In this document: one piece after another, positions 1 to 11,405 of the stretch
Numbering within the stretch: the first letter of the stretch is position 1
Layout: each line of letters opens with the position of its first letter
Assembly (NCBI GenBank): GCA_964016885.1
Contig: OZ024741.1
Coordinates: 372,992,001-373,056,000 of the forward strand
Direction of reading: 5' to 3'
Length of the DNA: 64,000 bases
From: Eledone cirrhosa
Lineage: Eukaryota
Notes under the pieces: generated by a model
The model's database searches: none
What the model was told of the DNA's origin: nothing
Seen by the model: only the letters and a program-made list of their open reading frames with translations
Program-made: the position numbers and the translations under genes

Positions 1-32
1 GCTTTATTTTTTATTGTTTTTTTGTCTGGCAG

Positions 33-90
33 AGGAAGGGATATTCCCATAGCCTTTGCAGTCACTCCATACCCAGCACTATTCATGTGA
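33..90 (+). CDS. Possible terminal coding exon of an unknown gene (GRDIPIAFAVTPYPALFM*)
   Basis: T-rich tract plus CAG acceptor at 30-32, short open frame to TGA, AATAAA at about 244. No homology recognised. Confidence 0.12.
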
Positions 91-282
91 TTAATGTTAC
101 TTCTGCAGTTATTACACTGCTCATTCAAAACGTTTTCTAAGTGGAAATTTTATTGTATAAATATTATTTATTATTTTGGTTTATATTTCAATAATAATCT
201 TTATTTCCTAAACATTTTGTTACAATTTATTCATATATAAGGCAATAAATAAGATATAAAGACACATTGGTAAACATACCAA

Positions 283-600
283 TAGTGATTTCTAATTTAG
301 TCACAAGGCCAGAAAATTGTGTGGAAAGGGCAAAGTTGACTAAATCAATCCAAGAGTTTTATTGATACTTTATTTCATTGACCTCAGAACAATGAAAATC
401 AAAATTGACCTCTGCAGTATTTGAACATACAAATATACTAATATTGATTTCTAACTTATGAACAAAGCCAGCAAATTTTAGAAAGGCAAAGTTGATTAAA
501 TCAACCCTAGTACTTTACTGGTACATTATTTTATTGACCCTGGAAGGATGCAAATCAAAGTGGACCTCTGCAGTATTTGAACACACAAATATACTAAAAT
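283..600 (-). mobile_element. Two tandem decayed SINE 3' halves
   Basis: Two ~160-bp copies matching the reverse complement of the GCCTTTCATCC...GGTCGATAAAATAAAGTACCAG...GGCCTTGTG SINE body that recurs across the window. Confidence 0.7.
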
Positions 601-1719
601 TAAAAGCAAAAACCACTTGAAGAATACTTTAAACAACAAACAGCACATCCCTTATTCAAAAGCTAGAATAGACGAATAAGATACAAAAATTACTCTAGAT
701 ATTGAAAAACCTCACAAGAATAATCAATATTGTAATTTAAAATGTAGTTGATCCAAATGTAAATGACTGCAGTAATAGTTGAAAATCAGGTGAAATATTC
801 CTAGAGATGAAAAAGTGAACAGAAGCACCATCAAGTTTTTTCTATCTCAATGGGTACTTTACTTGATCCAGGGATACTTTACCTGATTTTTCAATGATCC
901 ACTATTACTGTAGTCATCAGCATGATTAAAATTTCTCCAATGCTTCTTAACTCAACTGCATGTTTACAATCAATATGTATTTGCATTTACTTGTCGATAC
1001 ATACAATTGTCAATCTTCTAATCTACCCTACACAGATGAAATACTTACAAGCATTAACTTAATGTCCTGCACCAAATAGTGCATTGATAAGACATTCTTG
1101 AAATGTACATAACATTATGAATGTATCACATTAAATATTTGAAAGTCTTTACTTTAGTTTACTGCAAATTTTCACAATGATATGTCAACTAGTAAATACA
1201 CTAACTATTAACATTTGAACAAACAAGCCTGTTTTTAGATATTTCTGATAATCCTCATGTGACGTTAAGGGTTAATAAATGATTTATAATGTATCTTCAA
1301 TATGGTTCACCATAAACATACTTGTTTGTTTTGAAAGTTTTTAATAGCATTTAGTAGTGATTTTGTAGTTAATCTGTTGTGTAAGTTGTTGGATTCTGAT
1401 TGTACTGTGTGTGTTTTTACTATTGAGTTGAAAGTGTCTCACATAGAATTAATGGTGTACTTACTATGAACATTTTAAATGATTTCCCATAAACATACTT
1501 TTTACATTTCAGAATTGAACATGTTTGGTGAGTGGCGGAGTTGATCTGAGACCATGTGTTGAAAGTAAAACAATTACTGAATGAAAGAGTCATTTTAGAC
1601 ATTTAAAAACGCACAAACTCTTAACTTTACTTTATATATTTTCACATTTATTTCCTAGCAAGAAAATTTTCTTTCAACCAGGTTACAAACTATACGACAA
1701 ACATTTTGACATTAGGAAA

Positions 1720-2500
1720 TATATGATATATATTTATTTTGCAAGGTTTTTGATATGAAACCATATGTTGAAACAGATATTGTTATATTTGGGGAGGGTC
1801 GTGTTCTAATATTACCAGAAACTCAGTCTGGTTTGGTTTTTGCTTCAGTATATTCTTATATTTCTATAAATAATTTAGCTGACAATCAATGATAAACATT
1901 GATTGACCAACAGTTAAAAATATAAATATAGTTTTTCAAAGTTTTTTTGTCACACATATCTGTAACATCTTTAATGATTTTTGTGTTTCTCCCGTTGTGT
2001 TCCTATAAGGTTTTTTATTTTTTTATTTGTATATTTATTTATTTATTTTTTGTTGTCTTTGTACGTGCATGCATTTGTGTGCATGTATTCTGTTTGGTGT
2101 GTTCGTATCTGAGTCTGTGTGTGTTTATGTGTTTATATTCTACCTTTGGTCTCTAGTGTGTTTGTGTGTAGGTGTTGTTATTGCATCTGTGTATATTTAT
2201 ATTCTATGTTAGATCACTAGTATGTGTTTGTGTATGGTTGTTGTTATTCCATTCATGTTTTCTGTTGAGCCTAGGTTTTTTTAATTCTATTTCTGTAGCC
2301 ACTCTAATTTGTCTAATTGTCAAGTCATTCCTATGTTTAGATATTATTTTAATGTCTATATTGTCTATTTTACCATATCTTAGTCTGGTGTGTTTATATA
2401 GTACTGACTTGTCTTTTTGTCCTTTTAATTTACTCCGGTGTTCATCTATTCTCATTCCTATGCTATGGGCTGTCTTTCCAATGTATGTATGTATATATAT
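1720..2500 (-). mobile_element. Penelope-like element fragment (GIY-YIG endonuclease C-terminus plus pLTR), decayed
   Basis: Minus frame reads YIGKTAHSIGMRIDEH...SVLYKH...KPRLNRKHEW, homologous to 62822-63210. Degenerate hammerhead-like copy at about 1932-1980 and pLTR segment at 1745-1820. Confidence 0.85.
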
Positions 2501-2615
2501 ATAGTTAACAGTTTTTGTATATATTCTTTTTTTATGGATAAAATGGTTATTCCATGCAGTAATTCTTATGCTTTATATATATATATATATATGATACGCA
2601 AAATCTCTTAAATAG

Positions 2616-2723
2616 AAAAAGCAATTGAAAATGTTATAAAATTCTTCCATAAAAAATCAGAGAAATTCAATGAAACAAGAGGCAAGATATTATTCAGTAA
2701 AATTGCCAATATTTTCAATGCTG
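2616..2723 (+). CDS. Possible internal coding exon (KAIENVIKFFHKKSEKFNETRGKILFSKIANIFNA)
   Basis: 108-nt open frame between TAG| and |GTAAGA, phase 1-1. Pyrimidine tract is weak and no homology was recognised. Confidence 0.18.
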
Positions 2724-3114
2724 GTAAGATTGAACTGAACACTATTGTTGTTTCATTGATATGTGTTATTATATCCCTTTAGAGTTCGTTTGTAAACAGA
2801 AACAATAATTTCTTGTGTCTTTACTGAATCAGTGAACAATGGCTCTCAGATATTTCATTGAAGCTGATCATAGTATAAGCTAGATCAGTGATTCACATAT
2901 TGGTGGGTTTAAAAGATTAATTTTTTCGTATGATGTTCACTTTAGATACTGCTATTATCAGAAGTCTTACAAACTAATTCATTAATACCAATTCAAAAGA
3001 GTTTTAATCCTTTTGATACTAAACCACCTAAAAGTATCCTTGGTTCAACCATACAAAGCTGTTTATATTTAACTGAAAACATTCCAACATAATTTTATGG
3101 AAGAACTTTGTTAA

Positions 3115-3310
3115 CCCTTTAGAATTTACAATATTCTATATTTACTATTGTATTTTCACATAATTATCACACATAATATCGAATCTATGAGATTTTGATA
3201 TTATTTTGAGAACAATACCTTAACAACAGTATGGGTGGCCAGTTACGGCCGGTTTGAACAGAAAGAGGTGAGAGAATTCTAGCTGGATACAGCCGGTAAA
3301 TGCAAAAGGG
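3115..3310. mobile_element. piggyBac-like MITE (family A) nested in a family B MITE
   Basis: TTAA|CCCTTTAG...AAAGGG|TTAA ends. The flanks (3004-3110 and 3311-3450) join into a family B copy. Confidence 0.8.
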
Positions 3311-3599
3311 TTAAGCTATGTTCTAAACAGTAGATTAATAAGGAGTAAGTTAATATTACAAAATCCCTCCAAATTCGAGATTTTTTTCAAACCTATACAA
3401 AACACATAGACTGTCTTTCATTAGAAAGGCAATAGGAGGGATATTTAATGCTGTTATTGGAGTTGAATGCAAGTTTTCTCACTACACCACTGAGTACAAC
3501 TCTGTGTCTTTGGAGGTGTTTATAGTATTATTTATAACAATTGGGGTGGGGTATGTAAATCCTAGTTTTGTTGTCTTCTATGAATGAGATATGTTTTGA

Positions 3600-3850
3600 A
3601 TCAAATGTTTGGTTGCAATGGTTGAGTGTAATGTTCGAGTGTAAAATTGTTGAATGAGATGTTGTTGAGCGTGATGGTAGAGTGTAATGTTGTTGAGTGT
3701 GATGTTGTTGAGTGTGATGGTTGAGTGTAATGTTGTTGAGTGTGATGGTTGAGTGTAATGTTGTTGGGTGTAATGTTTGAGTGTAGTAGTTGAGTGTGAT
3801 GTTTGAGTGTAATGTTTGAGTGCAGTAGTTGAGTGAGATGTTTAAGTCTG
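3600..3850. repeat. Minisatellite (GTTGAGTGTAAT-like units)
   Basis: Visible tandem 14-17-bp units. Confidence 0.85.
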
Positions 3851-3943
3851 ATGGTTGGTTATATTTCATGTTTTCTTATATTAGTGGTAATAAAGAAGTT
3901 AATGAGTGCAATGAGTGATTGATGTCAAGTTAAAGTAGTAATA

Positions 3944-4318
3944 TACTCTTGGATCTTGAATAATCGACACTCCCACCACTGCTTATTAATTTTTCAGATC
4001 CCCCAATCCCCCCACCCACTTATTAAATTTTGTTTATCTATCCCCGGTGAAATTTTATTTTAAGTAGTAACATTCCTGTAATATTTAATTCTCTTTAGAC
4101 ATTAAAAAACATTATACATAACAAAAAAGAAGTATATTACAAGAAATCCCATATGTTATAAAATAAATAGGATAGGTTGGGGTTTCAATAAGTAAACTAA
4201 ACGACTAATTCTGGTTTTTAAAAAGAAATCAAGGGAGACAACCTAGAAAAATTATCGAATTTTCAATCCACTCCCACATATTCCACTCCAGCCCCTATTA
4301 TTTGTGATCTGAGAGTAG
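3944..4318. mobile_element. Decayed Tc1/Tigger-like MITE
   Basis: Imperfect terminal inverted repeats TACTCTTGGATC...GATCTGAGAGTA with TA ends. Confidence 0.4.
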
Positions 4319-4934
4319 TTGTATCTAGAGAATAGTCAGAAGATGTGAGCATTGTGTTGTCTTCGTATTACTGTGTCATATGGTGGAGATGTGGGAAGAA
4401 TGGTGTGTACATATATAGATTGAAAAGAGTGGGTGAAAAAAGACATCCATTTGGTATTCCATTCAGGAAATTGCAAGTTCTGAAACAGTTGTTTTTGTAC
4501 ACTATATAAGCCAGGAAACATGATAGGTACTTTGCTATCCAATATTTAATGTTGTTTCTTCAGGCAAAGTAGTGACTATTGTTATTGTAGTGTTTTTTGT
4601 TTGTTTAGTGGTTTATATTGGATACAAATGTTAACCACCTTTTTATTTTCCTAAGGTATATTTAGTTGCTTGAGATTGAGTTTTAGTTCAGTTATCTGTG
4701 TTGTTGATATATATATATATATATAGATATATATATATATATATATATCAACACTGTAAAGTGGACGTGTAGGCGCCACGGAAAAAAAGCACCCCACACT
4801 CACTGTAAATGAGGTTGGTGTTAGGAAGGGCATCCAGCGGTAGAAATCAAGCCAGAATCAGTTCTCGTCCCACCCTTGCAAGCAGGGAAAAGCAGACGTA
4901 AAATGATGATGATGATATATATATATATCAAAGT

Positions 4935-5152
4935 ATAGGAGAAGAGTCAGGACCCTGACGGATGAGCTCCAGTCGTTTTGACAGCTAGATCCGAACCTAT
5001 CTAGCTGTCAAAATGGATCTAGTTGTTGAAACGGCTAGAGCTCAGCCGTCAGGGTCCTGACTCTTTTCCTATTACCTACTCTACTACTCTAAGTATCAAG
5101 TACTCTGGCGCGTTATGGTCCACCTGGTATCTTACCACACCTTCTTTGTTTA
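4935..5152. mobile_element. (TA)n-anchored fold-back element (probable Penelope pLTR family)
   Basis: Inverted arms GAGTCAGGACCCTGACGG...CCGTCAGGGTCCTGACTC, then the shared end CTTACCACACCTTCTTTGTT. Relatives at 5775, 6090, 25722 and 27826. Confidence 0.65.
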
Positions 5153-5157
5153 TATCA

Positions 5158-5503
5158 ATCATCATCATCATCATTTCATTTTACGTCCGCTTTTTTCTTG
5201 CTTGCAAGGGTGGGACGGGAACTGATTCTGGCTTGATTTCTACAGCTGGATGCCCTTCCTAACACCAACCTCATTTACAGTGAGTGCTGGGTGTTTTTTT
5301 GTCATGGCACCTGCATGACCACTTTGCAGTGGAATGATATGGACCCCAGTCCCTATCATCTCATTTCTACAGCTGAGTAAACTGGAGCAATGTGAAATAA
5401 AGTGTCTTGCTCAAGGAAACAACACATCACCCAGTCTGAGAATTGAACTCACAACCTTTCGATTGCAAGGCCAATGCTCTAACCACTAAGCCATGTGCCT
5501 CCA
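5158..5503 (-). mobile_element. Near full-length tRNA-derived SINE with RTE-like (ATG)n tail
   Basis: Head with A box TGGCTTAGTGG and B box GTTCAATT, CORE-like CCTTGAGCAAGACACTT, tail GGACGTAAAATGAAATGATGATG. Relatives at 4750-4915, 28057-28225 and 32735-32970. Confidence 0.85.
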
Positions 5504-5774
5504 ATATATATATTCAGAGATATAAAAAGTCTTTTTTGTTTCATACTTTATATAGAAAAGGGGAAGGAAAGTTTGATGTCTCAGGCTTTAGCACTTCTTC
5601 AGGTAGAGAGAGGATCACAAAGGATAGATACAGAAAATAAAAGGTCGTCTGTAAAGCATCCAGATTCAATTACACAACAAAAATAACAAATGTTATAAAA
5701 ACTAGGGACTCCCCCACCCCTCCATATATATATATATATATCAGGATTAAACCAATATTAAACTAGTAAGACCA

Positions 5775-6045
5775 TTATTCAACAGAGTACTCGATACTTG
5801 GGATAGTAGAGTGTGATTATATTAGAAAGAGGTGGGCCCAACGTCTGAGCTCTTGCCATTTTCTGTAACAACCTATAAAGAACATTTATCCTTATATGGA
5901 CAATTTATCATTTTACTGAGATATCAATCACCTAAGCCATGCTCCTGATGAGATGGCCAGTCCACTGCAAGGTTTTTTTGTCAACAGTCTGGAATTAGCT
6001 GTTGAAATGGCAGGAGCTCAGCCACTGGGCTCCGACTCTTTCTAA
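5775..6045 (+). mobile_element. Fold-back family member with a hammerhead-like core
   Basis: GCTC-CTGATGA...GAAA-TGGCAG-GAGC at about 5941-6017; 5820-5862 is an inverted copy of 6003-6045. Confidence 0.5.
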
Positions 6046-6089
6046 TATATATATATGCATGTATATATATATATATACATATATATATA

Positions 6090-6342
6090 TAACAAAAGAG
6101 TTGTGGTAAGGAACCAGATGGACCATAACGCACCAGAGCACTCAATACTTAGGGTAGTAGAGTGGGTAATAGGAAAATGTATGACCCCAACGGCAGAGAT
6201 CAAGCTATTTCGACGGCTATTTCTGGAGTCCAGAAATGCCGTTGGGGTCAAACTTTTTCCTATTACCCACTCTACTACCCTAAGTATTGAGTACTCTGGT
6301 GTGTTATGGTCCATCTGGTTCCTTACCACACCTTCTTCGTTA
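6090..6342. repeat. Long inverted repeat (~105-bp arms) of the fold-back family inside (TA)n
   Basis: 6090-6195 is the reverse complement of about 6237-6342. Confidence 0.9.
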
Positions 6343-6729
6343 TATATATATATATTTGTTGGGGTTTCTAGTATCTATAACATTGGTTATTTTTGTTGTA
6401 TAATCGAAGTTGTATGCTTTATGCTGTCATATGAAATATGTTTTTTGGATGTGTCTATAATTATTCTGCTGAATGTATGTACAGGGTTGGCATCAGGATA
6501 AGCATTTGGTTGTAAAACATTGCCTCAAAAAGTACCTCATGATGTGTATATTATCTGTCACAGAACTTACAAGGTTGACCTCTGCTTTAACAGGGGGAAA
6601 TAATCTTTAACTCTTGTTGTTGTCAATGCTTCTGCTGTTGCTGTTGTTATTGTTGTTATTGCTGCTGTTGTTTTTGTGAATGTTGTATTCTGGAATTCTG
6701 CAAATCTAGACTAGTTCCACTATGTATTT

Positions 6730-7333
6730 TTTTAAAGTTTGTAAAAGAGATTTTGTTTATTTCATTGCCTGAATATTTTATGATTATGATGGATTAAGTA
6801 ATCAGAGGAAAGCTGGTAAAATGTTTACCATATAGTTGTAGTTATGGAGTAGAATCTTATGTATGGAGAAGGATTATTGTAGTTAGCTTAACGAGGTGTA
6901 TGTAGGTATGTATGTGTTTGTTGGTGTGGGTTGTTTGGAATATAAAAAGAGTTCAGTCGTGGTGCTATTATGTCTCCTCTACTGAGAATGACAGATTGTT
7001 AGAATCATTAGAGCATCAGACAAAGTGCTTTGTGGCATTTAGTTAAATCCCTTTATGTTTTGAGTTCAAATCCTACCAAAGTCAACTTTACCTTTCATCC
7101 TTCTGGGGTTTGTAAATAAACTACCAACAATCCACACCAACACACACATACCTATATATACCTCATTAAGTTAACTACAATAATATATGATTCTCTCTAC
7201 ATGAGATTCTACTCCATAACTACAACTATATGTCAAACATTTTCCCAGCTTTCCTCTGATTACCTAATCCATCATAATCATAAAACATTCAGACATTAAT
7301 GAGCTAAATAAAATCACTTTTACAAACTTTTAA
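6730..7333. repeat. Inverted duplication (~210-bp arms) around a SINE fragment
   Basis: 6730-6938 versus the reverse complement of 7123-7333; SINE head and body lie in the spacer at 6990-7122. Confidence 0.85.
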
Positions 7334-7539
7334 CATTGCCTCAAAAATTACCTTATGATGTGATTAACTTTCCCCTCTCCACAAATTTCTGGCCTTGTGC
7401 TCAGTGCTGGACTTACCCATAAGCTATATAAGCTATAGCTTAGGGCCACACATATTCGGGGGGCCTTATTTCTTAAAATATATTTTAATTTATCATTAGT
7501 TTTTATTCTTTAACACTAAATCATAAAAAAACTATATAT

Positions 7540-8077
7540 ACTTGGCATGACAATAAAGTCTTTAGAATAGTAGGTTGTGTGCTGTATACAGCAGTAAATG
7601 TAGTTAATATTAGTCGGAATTTGAACTTTGTTGTACACAAGTGATATTCTGTATGAATGCTGTATGAATGTTGTCACAGGCCTTTGTATAATTATTTGCT
7701 GCCCTTCTTGTGAGTTTATAATATATGCTCAATCCGCAAAATATTTTTTCCAGGGGAGAAGAGTGGCAATGATCAAACATTCATCCTATAGTCCCAACTT
7801 AAATTTGTGAGATAGTTGGGTGTTCAAGTTATTAAAGCAACAGCTATGAAAATTTGTTTTCACTTCATTAGAAGAGGTTGTAGATGAATCGTTGCATTGG
7901 TTTCAACCATTGCCCAATATATGGTTCCAGAAAGAATTAAATGTTTTGCATAAACACTCTAGAGATGTTATTGCATTCAATGGAGATTATGTTTTGCAGA
8001 ATAAATAAATTTTAGTTTCAATATGTTGTGCATTTTCATTTAATGGGTTATTCTAAAGACTTTATTGCCACACCAAC
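7540..8077 (+). mobile_element. Mariner deletion derivative with transposase C-terminal remnant
   Basis: TIRs TGGCATGACAATAAAGTCTTTAGAATA / TATTCTAAAGACTTTATTGCCACACCA. Frame from 7769 reads HSSYSPNLNL*DSWVFKLLKQQL...NGDYV (YSPDL-like motif and GDY end). Confidence 0.85.
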
Positions 8078-8368
8078 ACTGAGGACAAAGAACTCAAAGC
8101 TGTACGGGAGCCTCCCAAAAGTCAGCTCAAGAGGAGACTGAGGTTAGCTGGACATGCTCACTGGCATCCAGAGTTGACACTGCACTCAGTGCTCCTGTGG
8201 GAGCCCCTGCATGGACACACTGGAAAAGGAAGACCAAGGTTAACATATGTTGATGCCCTAAGGACAGACACTGGTCTCTTGGAGATGCAGGACATGGCAG
8301 CGATAATGAAGGACAGAGGTCGCTGGAGAGAACTTATCCATGGATCTCGGGAATTTTACCCGCCCTAG
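8078..8368 (+). mobile_element. RTE-clade LINE 3' fragment
   Basis: RLRLAGHAH...LLWEPLHG...GRPRLTY...RWRELI, ending at a stop followed by a TA-rich tail. Confidence 0.85.
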
Positions 8369-8451
8369 AGATATTAATAAACAACAATTAATATACATAC
8401 ATATATATATATTATAAAGAACAATTAATATATATATATATATATATATAT

Positions 8452-8745
8452 GAGTTTCTTGGTCAGTGTCTAAGTCTCAGACCCGTACAGCAGCACAGAC
8501 TCCACTACAGCAACAAAGAAGCCAGAGAAGATTACTAATGTAGGTTGGAAGCCGCTAGAATTGGTTGAGAACTTCCTTTATTTTGGAGCAAAGATTGGGA
8601 ATATGGAAGATGATGTGGTCGAGAGGAAGAGCAAAGCCTGGGTGGCGTGCCACAGCTTGAGATCAGTGTGGAAGTCAGAGCTTCGTAAAGACCTGAAGAT
8701 CCGTCTCTTCGTTGCTGTAGTGGAGTCTGTGCTGCTGTATGGGTC
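8452..8745 (+). mobile_element. RTE-clade LINE internal fragment with a short inverted piece
   Basis: VENFLYFG...KAWVAC...KIRLFVAVVESVLLYG on plus (8521-8745); 8452-8520 is an inverted piece of the same region. Confidence 0.85.
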
Positions 8746-9284
8746 TTTATTAATATAAAAAATAATAATCATGTATAATTATTTTTTTACCAAAGGTTTT
8801 TTAGAGAAGGGCCCAAAATTTTATATAGCTTAGATCACTGCAGGTGAAAGATTGTACCTGAATTGGAAATTATTAAGGGTGATGGACAGGGAGATTTATT
8901 AGAGAATCAGGTAAAATGCTTTCCAGCCTTTACATATGTGGTTCAAATCTCACCAACGTCCAACTTTACTTTTCATCCTTCTGAGCTCAATAAAATAAAG
9001 TACCAATCAAATACTGAGGTCAATATAATTACTACCAATATCTATGCTGCAAAGCATGATGTCTGGGGGTGGTGGATTGGCAGTATTGGTAGAGCATAAG
9101 AGATCCTGCTTAAGTCTCTTTACGATCTGAGTTCAAATCCCACTGAGGTTAGCTTTGCCTTTCATCCTTACGGGAGTCGATAAAATAAAGCACCAGTAAT
9201 GTACTGGGGTCAATTTAATCAAGTTTCCCCCTCTCCAAAAATTGCTGGCTTTGTGCCTAAATCAGAAACAATTATTATTAACAA

Positions 9285-9480
9285 TATCTCTCCCATATGT
9301 AACATCATGCTTATTTCCATTTCCTATATTTGATATGTTTTCGATTTCCTTTCTAGAGATATTTTTGTTGCAAGGTAACAACATGTTTGTTTCAATGTTT
9401 ATGTTCCTGTTGTCTTTGATTACTATATCTAGGTGGTCTACTTTGATCTCCATATCTTACTGGATAAATATGTCTTAAAA
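9285..9480 (-). mobile_element. R4/Dong-like non-LTR retrotransposon, decayed RLE fragment
   Basis: KVDHLDIVIKD...LPCNKNISRKEIENISN resembles RPDIV...P..N...KE.EK..KY. Confidence 0.55.
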
Positions 9481-9879
9481 TGAAGGCTTAATATGACTGG
9501 ATAAATATGTCTTAAAAGAATGTCAGGTCAGGCTTCTACCTGCTACTGGTACCATGTAACCCAATACAACTAGGGAGGGGTTCCTCCAACAGAAATGAGA
9601 AGGCCTTGGATTGGATTGGAAAATAAATGGTTATATTATTGAAACTTGGTTTTAGATTGGCAGTATCAGTGGAGGGTCGGATTCCATGCTTTACAGCATA
9701 CAGTTATGACTCTTTACGGTCTGATTTCAAATCTTGCTGAGGTTAACTTTGCCTTTCATCCTTACGGGGTTGATAAAATAAAGCACCAGTAATCTACTGG
9801 GATAATTGCTGGCCTTGTGCCTAAAGTATAAACAATTATTGTTATTGTTGTTGTCAGTAGTAGTAATAGTAGCAGTAGT

Positions 9880-10265
9880 AGTCTTCCTATTTTTATTGCA
9901 TTCTCGAGCCAAGCTTTATGTGCCCTGAGTATGTGCAGTGTTGTTTTTAGTATCAATATTTATTGTATTGAGAGTATTATTCATAAACTGTGTGCAGGTC
10001 CTAGTGGTGTTGGCTGTGTATCTGTCTGTGTATTTTTTTATCATTCCCAGCGCCAAATATTATAGAAATCATTCCTGTTTGAGTTATTTCTATTGCCTGA
10101 TCTTTATATTTGGACAATAGATATCTTGTGTTCTGTGGGAATTGATACATCAATTAGAAGGCATTTCTTTTCTTCGTAGTTGACTAAAATATCTGGTTGG
10201 TTGGCTTTGATCTCCCGGTCCATGTGTACTGGCATATCCCAGAGTATGGTTGGTTTGTTATTCTC
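9880..10265 (-). mobile_element. R4/Dong-like non-LTR retrotransposon 3' fragment
   Basis: Minus strand reads TILWDMPVHMDREIKANQPDILV...CLLIDVSIP...SKYKD (PD-(D/E)xK endonuclease). Confidence 0.75.
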
Positions 10266-10554
10266 TGAGCAATTATTACTGGATTAGCAGTATTGATAGA
10301 GCAATGGTTGACATGCTTTGCAGCATAGAGTTAAGTCTCTTTATGTTCTCAGTTCAAATCCAGCTAAGGTTAGCTTTGCCTTTCATCCTTACAGGGTTGA
10401 TAAAGTACCAGTAATGCACTGGGTAATTGCTGGCCTTGTGCCAAAAGTAGAAACAATTATTTAGTATTATTTTTATTATTACACTGCATTACCAAGTGTA
10501 GTGTTATATTTTGGTGTTGTATTGAAAGTATTCTACATAAGTTATGTGCAGGTT

Positions 10555-10805
10555 TCATCATCATCACCACCACCATCATTGTCATCATCATCACTGCCAT
10601 CACAATCACCACCACCACCACCACCATCATTATCATCCTCATCACCACCACCATCATCATTATCATCCTCATCACCACCACCATCACCACCACCACCACC
10701 ACTATCATCACCATCATGATCATCATCATCATCACCACCATCACCATCATCATTATCATCACCACCAACCCCCCCCCCCCCCATCATCATCATCATCATC
10801 ATCAT
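10555..10805. repeat. (CAT/CAC)n trinucleotide tract
   Basis: Directly visible. Confidence 0.95.
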
Positions 10806-10979
10806 ATCCTTTCATATTTACTAAATCAGATTGTGTGATCAAACTTCATGTGTTGGGAAAGCAACCACATGTCAGTTCTAAAGAAATATTTTCATCCATT
10901 TTAAGTAAAAATAATAAAAATCAACTTATTTGTTATTCTTAATCTTTTCTATCTCTTTGTTTTGTTTTCTTTTCTTTAG

Positions 10980-11029
10980 AGAAGGATGTTTCCATTTGGA
11001 AACTACTTAAATATGCAGTTGAAGGATAG
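10980..11029 (+). CDS. Possible short terminal exon (KDVSIWKLLKYAVEG*)
   Basis: Strong ~35-nt pyrimidine tract plus TAG acceptor at 10977-10979; phase 1 is compatible with the 2616-2723 candidate. No homology recognised. Confidence 0.2.
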
Positions 11030-11051
11030 GCAAACAATTGTTTATGTCCAC

Positions 11052-11374
11052 ATGATGGTGGTGGTGATGGTCAGAGTGAGGGTGGTGGTGGTGATAGTAA
11101 TGATGGTGGTGGTGGTTGTGGTGATGGTCAAGGTGAGGGTGGTGGTGGTGATAGTGATGGTGGTGGTGGTGGTAATGATGGTGGTAGTGATGATGGTGGT
11201 GCGGGTGGTGAGTGTGATGATGATGATGGTGGTGATGATGATGAGGGTGGTGGTGATAGTGATGATATGATGGCAATGGTGATGATGAAGATGACAGTGA
11301 TGATGGTGGTGAGCATGATGATGATGATGATAATGATGATGATGATGAGGTTGATGATGATGATGATGATGATG

Positions 11375-11405
<31 letters not shown>
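11052..11405. repeat. (GAT/GGT)n trinucleotide tract
   Basis: Directly visible. Confidence 0.95.

Larger units (their letters stand above)
7402..8840. mobile_element. hAT (Tip100-like) MITE shell containing nested mariner and RTE insertions
   Basis: Starts CAGTGCTGGACTT...GCTTAGGGCC and ends GGGCCC...GCTTAGATCACTG. No clear TSD. Confidence 0.4.

Noticed and set aside
10457-11316. Poly-His, poly-Val and poly-Pro ORFs
   Set aside because: Trinucleotide microsatellite translations.
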